The position numbers were made by a program, and so were the translations under genes. The notes beneath the pieces are model-generated. The model saw only the letters and a list, made by a program, of their open reading frames with translations, ran no database searches and was not told the DNA's origin. DNA of 64,000 bases, taken from positions 1 through 64,000 of IMG/VR virus record IMGVR_UViG_3300023173_001364; one strand, written 5' to 3'. This stretch comes from an uncultured virus (IMG/VR IMGVR_UViG_3300023173_001364). Its lineage: Duplodnaviria > Heunggongvirae > Uroviricota > Caudoviricetes. This document shows positions 27,313-36,893 of the stretch, piece by piece (positions within the stretch are counted from its first letter, which is position 1; every line of letters starts with the position of its first letter).

Positions 27313-28196
27313 TTGATATAACCTCTGCTATAGCCTTCAGGTCGATTAACTGCATCTTCAAAGGCTTGTTTCCATTCATTATCACGATTATAACCTTTAG
27401 TCCAAATATTGTCAAGGTTTAATTTATTTGTTTCTTGCCATGTTACTGCTACATTCAATGCTTGTATAAAACTAACAGCACGTGGACTTGGAAAATGCAT
27501 TGTTACATTATTCCATAACCAACTACTAAAATTTGTCATAACCATATCGGCTTTTTCGGCTGCCATAATTACAAGTCCGTTTGGTGCAACTTCTACTCTC
27601 ATAAGTCTACTAGTATCACTTAAATCAATTACAACATCGTATTCAGTTGTATCAACGTCAGACATAAGCAAATCGCCCCAATAGTCTGCATTACTATGTC
27701 CTACTACAGTAATATCGTCGTACTCTAGTTTGACAATTTTCATTGTTTGATGTACAACACGAGCTAAAAACCCTGTACCTAATATAAGAACTTTGCCGCC
27801 TTCACGTCTGCGTAAGTCTTCTAAACTATTTAGAATTACATTAATACCACATGCAACAGGTTCTGCAATGTATTTAGGATCTAATTCAGGAACATTTACA
27901 TAAGTGCCTTCTCGAGCAACATAGTAGTCTGCATATGCAGGCTCTCCACGTGTTGCAACATACTCTCCTGTTGCTGTGTTGATACCTAATCCTTCGTGTC
28001 CGTGCATATGTGCAGGTAACAGCTGGAAGTCACCTTGCATCATTGCAACATCACTGCGACACACTCCAGTCATAACTGCTTTGACTAGTATGTCGCCTTT
28101 ATTTAATTCTGGGATTACGTAAGTAGTTTCATAAAATGCACCTTGCCCATCTGTAGCAAGAGCTCTTACAGTGTCGCCACATGTCGGTGTATCCAT
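27303..28196 (-). CDS. Zn-dependent (MDR family) sugar/polyol dehydrogenase
   Basis: GVCRSD, GHEG, EPVAC, ILGTGFLA; AAGGAG RBS before ATG 28196. Confidence 0.85.
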   Translation of the reverse strand: MDTPTCGDTVRALATDGQGAFYETTYVIPELNKGDILVKAVMTGVCRSDVAMMQGDFQLLPAHMHGHEGLGINTATGEYVATRGEPAYADYYVAREGTYVNVPELDPKYIAEPVACGINVILNSLEDLRRREGGKVLILGTGFLARVVHQTMKIVKLEYDDITVVGHSNADYWGDLLMSDVDTTEYDVVIDLSDTSRLMRVEVAPNGLVIMAAEKADMVMTNFSSWLWNNVTMHFPSPRAVSFIQALNVAVTWQETNKLNLDNIWTKGYNRDNEWKQAFEDAVNRPEGYSRGYIKWD

Positions 28197-29026
28197 AGAT
28201 CCATCTCCTTTTGATGTTTCCAAAAATTATCGTTTTTCCAATTATCAATTGCAGCGTTAATCATATTTTCATATGCACTTTCTGGACACAACGGACCTAG
28301 TTCAATCCGTTCGTCGTCAAAATAAATTGCAAAATCATCTGTTGTTTTACTTCTCCAATTAGAGTATATCTCAAAATTTTGATATGTCAATAAACAATAG
28401 TCATCTACATCATATACACCATTTTCAATTACATCACCATAGTCACTATCTGTTAGGTCATCTAATGTCCAGTTCTGTTTTAGAGATGTTTGTGTTCTAA
28501 CTGAATGTTTCCAAGTTGGATATAGTAACTGATAGATGCTCAGTAAGTGTGGAGTTAAGTCTCTACTGACACCGCCATATGCTAGTTTTTTATTAGTAAA
28601 CCAGCTACCCGGACGTGGTACTCTGTTACTGTTAACCCAACAAATTTTTATATTTTCTGCGGAACTTGCACGTTGTTTTAGTTCTTCTATCTCTGCGTCT
28701 GACCATCTGTGTTGATTATTTTTGGTCATCATAAATCTTGTTGTAGGATTATATGTGCAAAGTTTATTCCATTGATCTACATTCTTAACACCGGGCTTTT
28801 CTACAAACACAATGTCACTAACTTTAGCTGCAGCATTTGCTAAATCATAATGTGTTGTATTAGGAGTACAAATGTGTGCAGTAGCAAATGACTGATCTTC
28901 TGGAATTTCAATATAGTCGGCATCTTTGTTGTAAGGATCTACGTATACAATATCCCAACCTAAGCGTTCGTATATGCTACCATATACTGCTTTACCAAAT
29001 CCCATGCCGACTATAAGTGTTTTCAT
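28166..29026 (-). CDS. Gfo/Idh/MocA-family oxidoreductase
   Basis: IVGMGFG, ICTPN..H, VFVEKP, GGV..DL.PH. Confidence 0.88.
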   Translation of the reverse strand: MKTLIVGMGFGKAVYGSIYERLGWDIVYVDPYNKDADYIEIPEDQSFATAHICTPNTTHYDLANAAAKVSDIVFVEKPGVKNVDQWNKLCTYNPTTRFMMTKNNQHRWSDAEIEELKQRASSAENIKICWVNSNRVPRPGSWFTNKKLAYGGVSRDLTPHLLSIYQLLYPTWKHSVRTQTSLKQNWTLDDLTDSDYGDVIENGVYDVDDYCLLTYQNFEIYSNWRSKTTDDFAIYFDDERIELGPLCPESAYENMINAAIDNWKNDNFWKHQKEMDLWIHRHVATL

Positions 29027-30540
29027 TATACTGCCTCAAATAAACTGTTAAATTGTGCACTAGTATTAACAGTTTTCTTTCCTACTGCACCACGTGTACC
29101 AACAACCATCATCCAAAGTTTTTCATGGTCATCAATCATTTTAAGTGCTTTTTCTTTATCGTCAAGTTCAAAGATACGTGCAATTACGTCTTTAACTTCT
29201 GTACGATCAAAACGGTTATCAACTAACATACTAGGATAATCTCCTGCATCATATGCTCTGTTTGCAGCTTGTACGCTATTGATATGTGTATAAGTGTTAT
29301 GATTCATCATAAGCATATAAGCAAAACTATCCCAAGATGTTTTAGTTTCTGTGCCCATTCTATTTGTATCGCCTGGCGCATAACAACAAATATCATTTAC
29401 TTTTAGACCTTCACTTAGTGGTGTAGGCATCCACGTATGTCCGTACTGTGCACAATGTTGTGTTGCATAGTCATCATACGATGTAGTATTTGTTGCAAGT
29501 TGACGATCATCAAATGCATCTCCCATCATATAACTCCACTTGCCATTATGATCTAGTCTATGTCCTGTGTAGAACTGTCCATTTGCAGTACATAAAAACG
29601 GACTTGCACAGTCAAATGTGATAGTAAAGTTTTCGTTATGATTCTTACGTACACCACGTTGTATTGCTGTAAGCACAAGTGCCCATTCTAGTTTACTTGT
29701 GCCCAAGAAGTGCATTACATCATGATAACCTTTTTCTAGCAATCCATCAAAACGTAGTTCAACTACACGTTTTAGTGCTAAATGAATATCACACATGTTT
29801 TGTCCACCCATTGCCCAGCCGTTAAAGTGTGCATCTGGATATTTTTTAGGATCACAATAGTGTTTCATTTGCGAATACCAATCGTCTGCTTGTGCAAAGT
29901 TTTCACCTTGTAGTACGTTTAAGAACTTACAGTCACCGCTACGATTGTTAATAAAGTATTCGTTGTTTTCTTGTGTGCCTTCTACTGCTTCTTGATAGCT
30001 ACCAATTTTACTTGCTGCAGCGCCATCTGGCGAACGACTTACCCATGCTGGAATATCAAGTATCATTCCATAGTCCATAAAGGCATCCATCCAACGTAGT
30101 ACGCCTTCACGTTTCTTTTGTGCTTGTGGACAGCCACTACCTTTGCGCCAGTCGCCTTCCCATTTGCCTTTACCAATTTGGAAGCCACCTGAGTCTCCTA
30201 GCAACCAACTAGCTGAACGATCTCTTACACGATATTGATCTTCACGGTACATATCTTTGTTTAAGTCTAGACTAGCGTGTCCTGCAGAGTGCAAACTCCA
30301 TTTGTATTGCCATAGTCCTTGATTGTCTAACCAATTGAGACTTTCAACACCGTTAGTTAAATGACTTGGGATACGATTTAAGTCAATGTAAGGAGTACCA
30401 GAGCCTTTTTTGTTTTCGTCAAATGGCTCTAGTCCTCGTCGCTGTCTACCCACAAACAGTGCATAGAATGTACTAAGTGCAGGCAAGAAAATAGCAAAGT
30501 CGTCTTGTCTGTCTGTTAAGTTTGTTGGTAGTTGTGTCAT
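29026..30540 (-). CDS. dpdA: TGT-fold base-exchange enzyme (DpdA-like 7-deazaguanine DNA transglycosylase)
   Basis: LGDSGGFQ, MILDIP, NVLQG, WAMGG, MHFLG, TFDCAS; context of folE/queE/yhhQ. Confidence 0.8.
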   Translation of the reverse strand: MTQLPTNLTDRQDDFAIFLPALSTFYALFVGRQRRGLEPFDENKKGSGTPYIDLNRIPSHLTNGVESLNWLDNQGLWQYKWSLHSAGHASLDLNKDMYREDQYRVRDRSASWLLGDSGGFQIGKGKWEGDWRKGSGCPQAQKKREGVLRWMDAFMDYGMILDIPAWVSRSPDGAAASKIGSYQEAVEGTQENNEYFINNRSGDCKFLNVLQGENFAQADDWYSQMKHYCDPKKYPDAHFNGWAMGGQNMCDIHLALKRVVELRFDGLLEKGYHDVMHFLGTSKLEWALVLTAIQRGVRKNHNENFTITFDCASPFLCTANGQFYTGHRLDHNGKWSYMMGDAFDDRQLATNTTSYDDYATQHCAQYGHTWMPTPLSEGLKVNDICCYAPGDTNRMGTETKTSWDSFAYMLMMNHNTYTHINSVQAANRAYDAGDYPSMLVDNRFDRTEVKDVIARIFELDDKEKALKMIDDHEKLWMMVVGTRGAVGKKTVNTSAQFNSLFEAV

Positions 30541-31272
30541 TTACTTACTTTGTGCTGGAAGGATATATTCGTATACCGCTAGTCCATTGTCTACTTCAAT
30601 CATTGCTGCGCCCATATCACTAAACTTCATAGTAATATCGCCTGTTAAGTTAAGAATATTCATAACTTCACTTACAGGATATTTCCAACTTTGATTTAAA
30701 TTACCGCCAACGCCTGGCTGGAATACAAAGTTACCTGTGTGACCACTGTCATCACCGAAGAAGAATTTTAGATCACCATCTTCTACTTTAGCAACAAACA
30801 AACTTTCTTCGCTATTAGCTTGTGCTTGCATTTTAAAGCGAGCAACACTTGCACTGTGTGGCTGTACTTCTACATCCCAATTAGCACCTTTAAAACGTAC
30901 ACTTGCTAGTTTTTCTTCCATTAGTTCTTTTTGCATAAAGCGGAAGTCGTTTTTAAAGTCGCCTGTTGCGTTTTCAAACTTCATACTAAACGGTTCTTGT
31001 TCACCGTTACGTTCACGTGTGTTAACAGTGATGTTTGCATTTTCCTTGTATTCAGGAATGTTAAGTAGAATGTTTAGTTTGCTCAAGTTAGGCATACCAA
31101 ATGTGCCATCTAATCCTGGAATAGCACTCTTATACTTTGCTTTAACAACAACAAAGTTATTGTCGTCTTTAGCTTCGATTTCTGTTGCAGCACTGTCGCT
31201 AACAACTTTAACTGCTTCGATGTTTCCTACACCGTGTGTATGTTTTACAATATCGAGTAGATAATCTCTCAT
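30541..31272 (-). CDS. Putative DNA polymerase sliding clamp
   Basis: 243-aa two-domain beta-rich protein next to polB; C-terminal YEYILPA. Confidence 0.65.
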   Translation of the reverse strand: MRDYLLDIVKHTHGVGNIEAVKVVSDSAATEIEAKDDNNFVVVKAKYKSAIPGLDGTFGMPNLSKLNILLNIPEYKENANITVNTRERNGEQEPFSMKFENATGDFKNDFRFMQKELMEEKLASVRFKGANWDVEVQPHSASVARFKMQAQANSEESLFVAKVEDGDLKFFFGDDSGHTGNFVFQPGVGGNLNQSWKYPVSEVMNILNLTGDITMKFSDMGAAMIEVDNGLAVYEYILPAQSK

Positions 31273-31511
31273 ATGTTTTTCCTTTTTATTAACTGTACGT
31301 TATAACTGCCTTGTGTGCGAGTATTAAATTTGTAGTTTCTTACAAATCTATTTAGGTGGAGCCATGTTTCAATTTCGTTACGTATCATTCCTTGTCCACA
31401 AATAATTTCACAAGATTTATAGTTATCATAATAACACTCTTGCAAGAACCTGTCAACCATTTTCCATGCAACATGTATATGATAACCATGTAAATCTAAA
31501 CTTCGCTTCAT
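31269..31511 (-). CDS. Stand-alone Smr/MutS2 domain protein
   Basis: LDLHG, EIICGQG. Confidence 0.8.
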   Translation of the reverse strand: MKRSLDLHGYHIHVAWKMVDRFLQECYYDNYKSCEIICGQGMIRNEIETWLHLNRFVRNYKFNTRTQGSYNVQLIKRKNI

Positions 31512-34201
31512 CCAAAATCAAACAAACTTTCAAATGTAGTTTTGTCCTCTGCTTTAGTTAAGTCGATATCCAAAACTCCTAGCAAGTTTTCAATCTTCTT
31601 TGTGATAATTGTTTCTTCCATTTCATCTGTATCAAACGGAAGTTCTTTAAACCAGTCTGGGATACGAGTTTCGTCTGTCGGATATCCGATACTAGTAAAT
31701 CCCATTGGATTACTTTTTAGTTTACAGACAATAGTTTTCATACCATCCATAATTTCCATACTATACTTGTCGCCGTTTAGTCTACGCATTCTGTTATAGT
31801 TAATTGCTGCACGAACATGTCCAGGCATGTTTGCTTTGCCTTTGTACATTTCCTGTCCGTCACGAGTCTTTTCCCATTCCAACCCTGTGTAGTATGTTAG
31901 TTTGTTAACACGTTTAGGTGTTCCGATTTCCCACGGCTCTTTGTTTCTAAACTCTTGTCTAAATTCAATAATACGATCGATTAGTTCTTCGTTGCTTGTG
32001 CCTGTTAGCGTTTTTAACAATAGTTCATTCAAGAAGTCTTGCATAAATGCTGGAGTGTCACTACGTTTCAAGTCTAAGCCCATTGCTTTAATTTTGCCTG
32101 GCTTGCCTCCTTGATCTTCTCTGAATCCTTCGTTGTCATAAACAAGAATTGCATAGCGTTTCTTCTTAATAAAGATGCCAGCACGTGCGCAAACTTCACG
32201 ACCCGCTGCAATAATTTCGCCTTGTTCTGCATTTAATACATTATGTGCACGAGCCATATAATCAGGGAAAGTTACATTTGCTTGTTCACAAACTTCATCA
32301 TAAATTGCAGTAACAGTATCCTTATCCCATGTGATTTCGCCAGCTTCGATTTGTTCTTTAAATATAGGATAAGCACTAAAGTATACAGAGTCTGTATCAC
32401 CATATATGATTGCAGGTCCTACATGATTGTATTCGCCTGTAAACAGTTCGTTTACTTTAGCACCCATGTGTCTAGCAATGGTGCGTCCTGTTAGTGTTGT
32501 ACTTTGACCCATACGTGGATCGTTGAATCTACTGCCAGGATTTAGTAGCGCACCATATAGTGAGTTCAAGTTAATCTTTTTAACAAGTTGTCGCTTATCC
32601 CAATACGCAAACTTTTCATCGTCTACGCCTTTTTGCTCTTTAGCATTTTTTTGCAGAACTTTACGTTCACTATACCAACGTTCTAGCAAGCCTGGAATGA
32701 TACCTTTTTTAGTTTGATCAACAATAGTACCATTACTTGTTAGTACCCACGGCTGCCCACTTTCAAATATAATGTTGTATATTTCTGCACCTGTTGCAGA
32801 CAGTTCTTCGCCATTTTCAAAGTCAATATACAGCAAGACTTCTTGGTCTTTGTCCATAACAAGTTCATATTCAGGACAAGCAAACTTGCCTTCCCATGCA
32901 CGTGCAGGCTCCCATTTAAAATCATCTAACATTGGTACAGTTAGTGTGTGACGTATTTGTCCTACAATAGTTTCTGTACTTAAATTAGTACTACGCAAGA
33001 TACTAGGATACAGACTGTTCAAGTCCATACTACCAATCCATTCGTGATAGCCGGATTTAGGAGTAGCAACATATGCGCCTGCGGCAGCAACTTGTTTAGG
33101 ATAATGTTCTTGAATACGGTCATGTTCTTTGTCTGGAACAATCATGCCACGCCTGTGTGCTTCGTTTACAATAGCCTGGTCTGTAACAGCAACCGCACCC
33201 ATTGTTGTTTGTATAAGCACTGTGTTGTCGTGTGCAATAACGTTTGCAAGGTCAATGAACTGTAGCTTGTTGTCTAGTTTGACTAGTAGTTCGACGTCTT
33301 GTCTGTTATAGTCAATAAACGTATAAAAGTCATTGTTGTATAACTGATCTAGTGTACCTTGATATGCAATTTTACGTTCGTCAAGTTCGTATTCGCCAAT
33401 AGCATCCAAACTATAAGAATGCATTTCGTGATATGTATACTTGCGATATAGTTCCATATAGTCTAAGTGCAAACGACCGATTGTATCAAACGTTTCTTGT
33501 GTTTTGCCAAACTTTTCATACTCTCTGCGTTTTGGATATTTGTTCCACAAACAAAAACGTTTAGTATGTTCCTTGCCAAGAACTCTTGCTATACGATTAA
33601 CCATATATGGAATATCAAAGCCTTCGCTGTTCCATCCGCTTAATACATCTGCATCTTCAATAAGATCTAAGAACGTTTGTAGTAGTTCACGTTCATTGTC
33701 CATTAACAGTGTATCTTCAAACTTATCGCAAATTTCTTTTGCAGTTTCACGAGTAAGTGTATCAGGTTTGATAACCAAACATATAGTTCTGCCAATCCAA
33801 TTTAAGTGTACACCGATTGCTGTAACAGGATTAAACGGATCTTCAGGCGGCGCAAAGCCTACGTCTTTATCAAAGTCAACCTCAATATCGAAAAATGCAG
33901 TTTGTAGTTTAGGAGGATCAATATTTAAATAATTATCTGCTAAACATCTAAATACAGGATTAATATCACTTTCAAAAAGTCGTTGCCCACTGTATAGTTT
34001 CTTTTCTTTTTTGAATGCTTTACCGTTTGTAGTTGTAAAACGTTCTAACTTGTCGCCGAAAATACTTTCGTATTTGCCACGTTGATCTTTGTAGTAAAAC
34101 GTGTAACGTGCAGGATACTCTCTGTATTCTCTGCGCCCGTTTACACGCTCTGCTACGTATATAATATCTTTATCTCTATCGAAATGTGCGTCTACATACA
34201 T
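31508..34201 (-). CDS. polB: Family B DNA polymerase
   Basis: FFDIE, GWNSEGFD, YNRQD exonuclease motifs; DLNSLYPS, KINLNSLYG, YGDTDS, KKRYA. Confidence 0.97.
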   Translation of the reverse strand: MYVDAHFDRDKDIIYVAERVNGRREYREYPARYTFYYKDQRGKYESIFGDKLERFTTTNGKAFKKEKKLYSGQRLFESDINPVFRCLADNYLNIDPPKLQTAFFDIEVDFDKDVGFAPPEDPFNPVTAIGVHLNWIGRTICLVIKPDTLTRETAKEICDKFEDTLLMDNERELLQTFLDLIEDADVLSGWNSEGFDIPYMVNRIARVLGKEHTKRFCLWNKYPKRREYEKFGKTQETFDTIGRLHLDYMELYRKYTYHEMHSYSLDAIGEYELDERKIAYQGTLDQLYNNDFYTFIDYNRQDVELLVKLDNKLQFIDLANVIAHDNTVLIQTTMGAVAVTDQAIVNEAHRRGMIVPDKEHDRIQEHYPKQVAAAGAYVATPKSGYHEWIGSMDLNSLYPSILRSTNLSTETIVGQIRHTLTVPMLDDFKWEPARAWEGKFACPEYELVMDKDQEVLLYIDFENGEELSATGAEIYNIIFESGQPWVLTSNGTIVDQTKKGIIPGLLERWYSERKVLQKNAKEQKGVDDEKFAYWDKRQLVKKINLNSLYGALLNPGSRFNDPRMGQSTTLTGRTIARHMGAKVNELFTGEYNHVGPAIIYGDTDSVYFSAYPIFKEQIEAGEITWDKDTVTAIYDEVCEQANVTFPDYMARAHNVLNAEQGEIIAAGREVCARAGIFIKKKRYAILVYDNEGFREDQGGKPGKIKAMGLDLKRSDTPAFMQDFLNELLLKTLTGTSNEELIDRIIEFRQEFRNKEPWEIGTPKRVNKLTYYTGLEWEKTRDGQEMYKGKANMPGHVRAAINYNRMRRLNGDKYSMEIMDGMKTIVCKLKSNPMGFTSIGYPTDETRIPDWFKELPFDTDEMEETIITKKIENLLGVLDIDLTKAEDKTTFESLFDFG

Positions 34202-34461
34202 TAAACGTCTTTACCAACTGCCGCTAATACTTCTTCTAGTTCGTTAAATCCTTCTGCTACTTTAGCAAACTCTTGCTTGTATGCAATACGGATAGCTTTG
34301 TTAATTGTTGCAGGTTTCATGTCTAGTTCTTCTGCAATTGCTCGTACAGTATCAGTTAGTCCGCCTTTGAGCGTTTCTACTTCTGCTGTTACTTGAATAC
34401 CTTCGTTGATAATTTGTTTAAGTTTCGTGATCTCGCTGTCACTGAAAGAACGTGTAGGCAT
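34201..34461 (-). CDS. T4 DsbA/GapR-like dsDNA-binding protein
   Basis: Helical 86-aa protein with ..EELDMKPATINKAIRIAYK. Confidence 0.6.
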   Translation of the reverse strand: MPTRSFSDSEITKLKQIINEGIQVTAEVETLKGGLTDTVRAIAEELDMKPATINKAIRIAYKQEFAKVAEGFNELEEVLAAVGKDV

Positions 34462-34495
34462 ATGCTACTCCTTTTAATTTAGTTATATTGTTATG

Positions 34496-34531
34496 AATAT
34501 AAGATAAAAAAAGCGTTTTGTCAACGCTTTT
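34496..34531 (-). promoter_or_regulatory. sigma70 promoter of the replication/modification operon overlapping a terminator hairpin
   Basis: TTGACA-17nt-TATATT (34524-34496); AAAGCGTT-GACAA-AACGCTTT hairpin followed by a T-run. Confidence 0.75.
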
Positions 34532-34799
34532 CTAATTCTTCTAGACGCTTTTCTATGCTGTCTATTTTTGCTGTAATTTTCGGATACTTCTTTCTCCAAG
34601 CATCCTCTGGCTGTTCTAGCCATGTTAAGCCCCATCGTTCTACCAAGTAATCTACCATACGGTCAAACTTAGCATAACCCCAAAGACCTAATCTTGTAGT
34701 GCTCAAGTATGCTAGTACCATTGCACCTGCAATACTACCAGCAATACTTGTGTAAATCCATGTACGATCGCTCGCCATGTTTTGTATCATATCCCACAT
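34521..34799 (-). CDS. Membrane protein in lysis region (holin candidate)
   Basis: One TM segment; downstream of endolysin. Confidence 0.6.
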   Translation of the reverse strand: MWDMIQNMASDRTWIYTSIAGSIAGAMVLAYLSTTRLGLWGYAKFDRMVDYLVERWGLTWLEQPEDAWRKKYPKITAKIDSIEKRLEELEKR

Positions 34800-34951
34800 T
34801 ATTCAGACTTCCAAATAGTCCATGCGCCATATGCAATTGCGGCATAGCCAACCAAGTTAACCGGTGCCATTACCATTACCAAACCAGCCGCTACTAGCAT
34901 CACTCCATCCAGTGTGGTTCTTTCTTTTAGTCTGTTTTTTAACCAATTCAT
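34799..34951 (-). CDS. Small two-TM holin-like protein
   Basis: MNWLKNRLKERTTLDG + two hydrophobic helices. Confidence 0.6.
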   Translation of the reverse strand: MNWLKNRLKERTTLDGVMLVAAGLVMVMAPVNLVGYAAIAYGAWTIWKSE

Positions 34952-35043
34952 TGTACTCTCTCCAATATTTGTTTCGATCATTAGTTGATGTTTTATTAGC
35001 TTCGTGCTCTTTTAGTTTCATTACATAATGATCTGTATCCATA

Positions 35044-35235
35044 TTATTCTCCAAACATGCTGATTAGTTCTGGACCAAAACTTCCTGCTGCCCAACCTAG
35101 TGCAACAATAGCAATTACTCCCATTACTAACCATTTCATTTTAAAGTCATCTACATCCATACGTAGTGCAACTAGTTCATTTCCTAGTATGCGAACACTA
35201 ACTTCTAATTTACCTTTATCATCTTTTTCGGTCAT
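35044..35235 (-). CDS. Small membrane protein
   Basis: C-terminal TM; coupled to endolysin. Confidence 0.6.
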   Translation of the reverse strand: MTEKDDKGKLEVSVRILGNELVALRMDVDDFKMKWLVMGVIAIVALGWAAGSFGPELISMFGE

Positions 35236-36086
35236 TCGTCTTCTCCAAATAGCATTGCTAAACTAATTGGACCCATAACACCATCTGGAGTTAGTCCATT
35301 TTCTTCTTGCCATGCTTTTACGTGTGCTTCAGTGCCACGGCCAAAAATTCCGTCTGCACCAATTTCCAATTCTTCTTGTACTGCACGTACTGTTGGACCA
35401 CGTGAACCTAAACGTACTGTTTCGTATACAATTTTACTTGGCTCCCAATGTCCGCCTAGAACTTCCATAGCGTGTTCGTAATGCTTCTTACGATCTTCTA
35501 ATCCAATGTAGCCACCGTTGATACGTTTTGTTGCACCTTTAACATCACGAGCATCTGCATACTTGTTGATGTCATTTGTATCCCAGAACCAGCAAGCACT
35601 GTCTAGCGCACCTTTTTTAGTACGCACGTACTCCACTGCTTCTTCAGGTGACATATCTACTTCTATTCCGAATTGAGTATAGTTATAGCGTCCTGTAAGT
35701 TGTAGTATTCCACCACCACGGTACCGCCAACCATCACCGCTATCAGTATCCCCATTATCCATTCTATTGGCATAAATGACGTTAGCAATCTTACGAGGTT
35801 GTCTGTGATATTCTTGAGCATCTCTGCCTGCCCTTTCAAAATATTTTGGAAAAATTGCGTTAAGTGCTTTTGCACTATAGTTTAAGTTTTCGCTTAGTAC
35901 TTTAAAGTTGTTAGATTCGTGTCCGCACTGTGCAATAAACATTGCTACACGCTCTGGTGTATCCATTTCCCATAATGGAAGAACTTCACACATTGCATCA
36001 TACCAATCTTCTGCTTCTTCGTTTCCACGTAGTAATTCGATTGCCATTTCTTCGGTAAAATCGAATTCAAAATCTTCTACTGCCAT
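35232..36086 (-). CDS. Endolysin: GH19 catalytic domain + C-terminal peptidoglycan-binding domain
   Basis: FIAQCGHES, ENLNYS, YRGGG..QLTG..NY, SACWFW, RINGG..GL.DR; ADGIFG..T...V..WQ...GL.PDG. Confidence 0.92.
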   Translation of the reverse strand: MAVEDFEFDFTEEMAIELLRGNEEAEDWYDAMCEVLPLWEMDTPERVAMFIAQCGHESNNFKVLSENLNYSAKALNAIFPKYFERAGRDAQEYHRQPRKIANVIYANRMDNGDTDSGDGWRYRGGGILQLTGRYNYTQFGIEVDMSPEEAVEYVRTKKGALDSACWFWDTNDINKYADARDVKGATKRINGGYIGLEDRKKHYEHAMEVLGGHWEPSKIVYETVRLGSRGPTVRAVQEELEIGADGIFGRGTEAHVKAWQEENGLTPDGVMGPISLAMLFGEDE

Positions 36087-36116
36087 TTTACAATTCCTTG
36101 TTTTATGTATTGCTAT

Positions 36117-36713
36117 TTATTTTACAAATGCACCAATTCTGCCGTGTACATCTGGGTACTCTCTATATGTATATCCTTCTGGCGGTACAGTGCTTTCACC
36201 TTTCCACACAGGAATAAAATGATCTGCATCACCGTCAAAGTCTACATTATGTCTTAAATGTACTTCTATTAGGTTGCCGTCTATGTATTCGCAGTTTACC
36301 CATTCATACTTTTGTAAAAATGGCATAATTAAACTTGGTCTATTTACATAGTCTTTTGTACGTTTCCATTCTTTCCAACGTACAAAATCGTCGTCTTTGT
36401 GTTTGAAACCTTCTACACACAATACTTGCAAACCATAATGATAATCTACACTTAAATGTCTGCCTACAAATATTTCGCACCAAAAGTGTCCAGGTGTTAA
36501 ATGATCTGTTGTATTTTCAATATACTCAATACTAGCACCTAAGCCTAGTCCTATTGCATTTACTGCAGGACGTACAATATAGTAGCCTGGTTCGTCTACT
36601 CTAACACCTACAGGTCCGCAGTTGTATCCCATTTGTTTGCTGAGTATAAGTTTATCCATGATCCACATATCTGCCGGATCAATTGTTTTCCAAACTTCTT
36701 CTTCTGGGTGCAT
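36117..36713 (-). CDS. ATP-grasp fold protein
   Basis: DKLIL, YIVRP..N..G.G.GA, FWCE...G.HLSVD, NCEYI...LIEVHLR. Confidence 0.7.
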   Translation of the reverse strand: MHPEEEVWKTIDPADMWIMDKLILSKQMGYNCGPVGVRVDEPGYYIVRPAVNAIGLGLGASIEYIENTTDHLTPGHFWCEIFVGRHLSVDYHYGLQVLCVEGFKHKDDDFVRWKEWKRTKDYVNRPSLIMPFLQKYEWVNCEYIDGNLIEVHLRHNVDFDGDADHFIPVWKGESTVPPEGYTYREYPDVHGRIGAFVK

Positions 36714-36883
36714 TAGAATCCTAGTTCTATTCCGCTATCAACGCCTGTCCATTCGTCTCTTGTTCGAATTGGGCGTTCTGAACAATGTTCACATTCGCAT
36801 TGTTGACAAACATCATTTGCACAATCTTGGCACTCAGTGCCACAGTGATGATCACAATGACAGTTTTGACATTTACAAGACAT
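36713..36883 (-). CDS. Unannotated 56-aa Cys/His-rich metallothionein-like peptide
   Basis: AAGGAG RBS; MSCKCQNCHCDHHCGTECQDCANDVCQQCECEHCSERPIRTRDEWTGVDSGIELGF (11 Cys, 4 His); TAATG coupling to the ATP-grasp gene. Confidence 0.8.
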   Translation of the reverse strand: MSCKCQNCHCDHHCGTECQDCANDVCQQCECEHCSERPIRTRDEWTGVDSGIELGF

Positions 36884-36893
36884 TGATTACTCC

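Noticed and set aside
29026..30540. Canonical tRNA-guanine transglycosylase (Tgt)
   Set aside because: Lacks the recognisable bacterial Tgt N-terminus and CxCxxC Zn motif, and sits beside clamp/polB; a DNA-acting DpdA type is more likely, though not proven
31508..34201. Intein or intron in the DNA polymerase
   Set aside because: The insert after motif A has no intein splice residues or homing endonuclease motifs, and the frame is uninterrupted
34857..35054. 65-aa ORF in the lysis region
   Set aside because: Half overlaps the holin-like gene in another frame; could be real but unsupported
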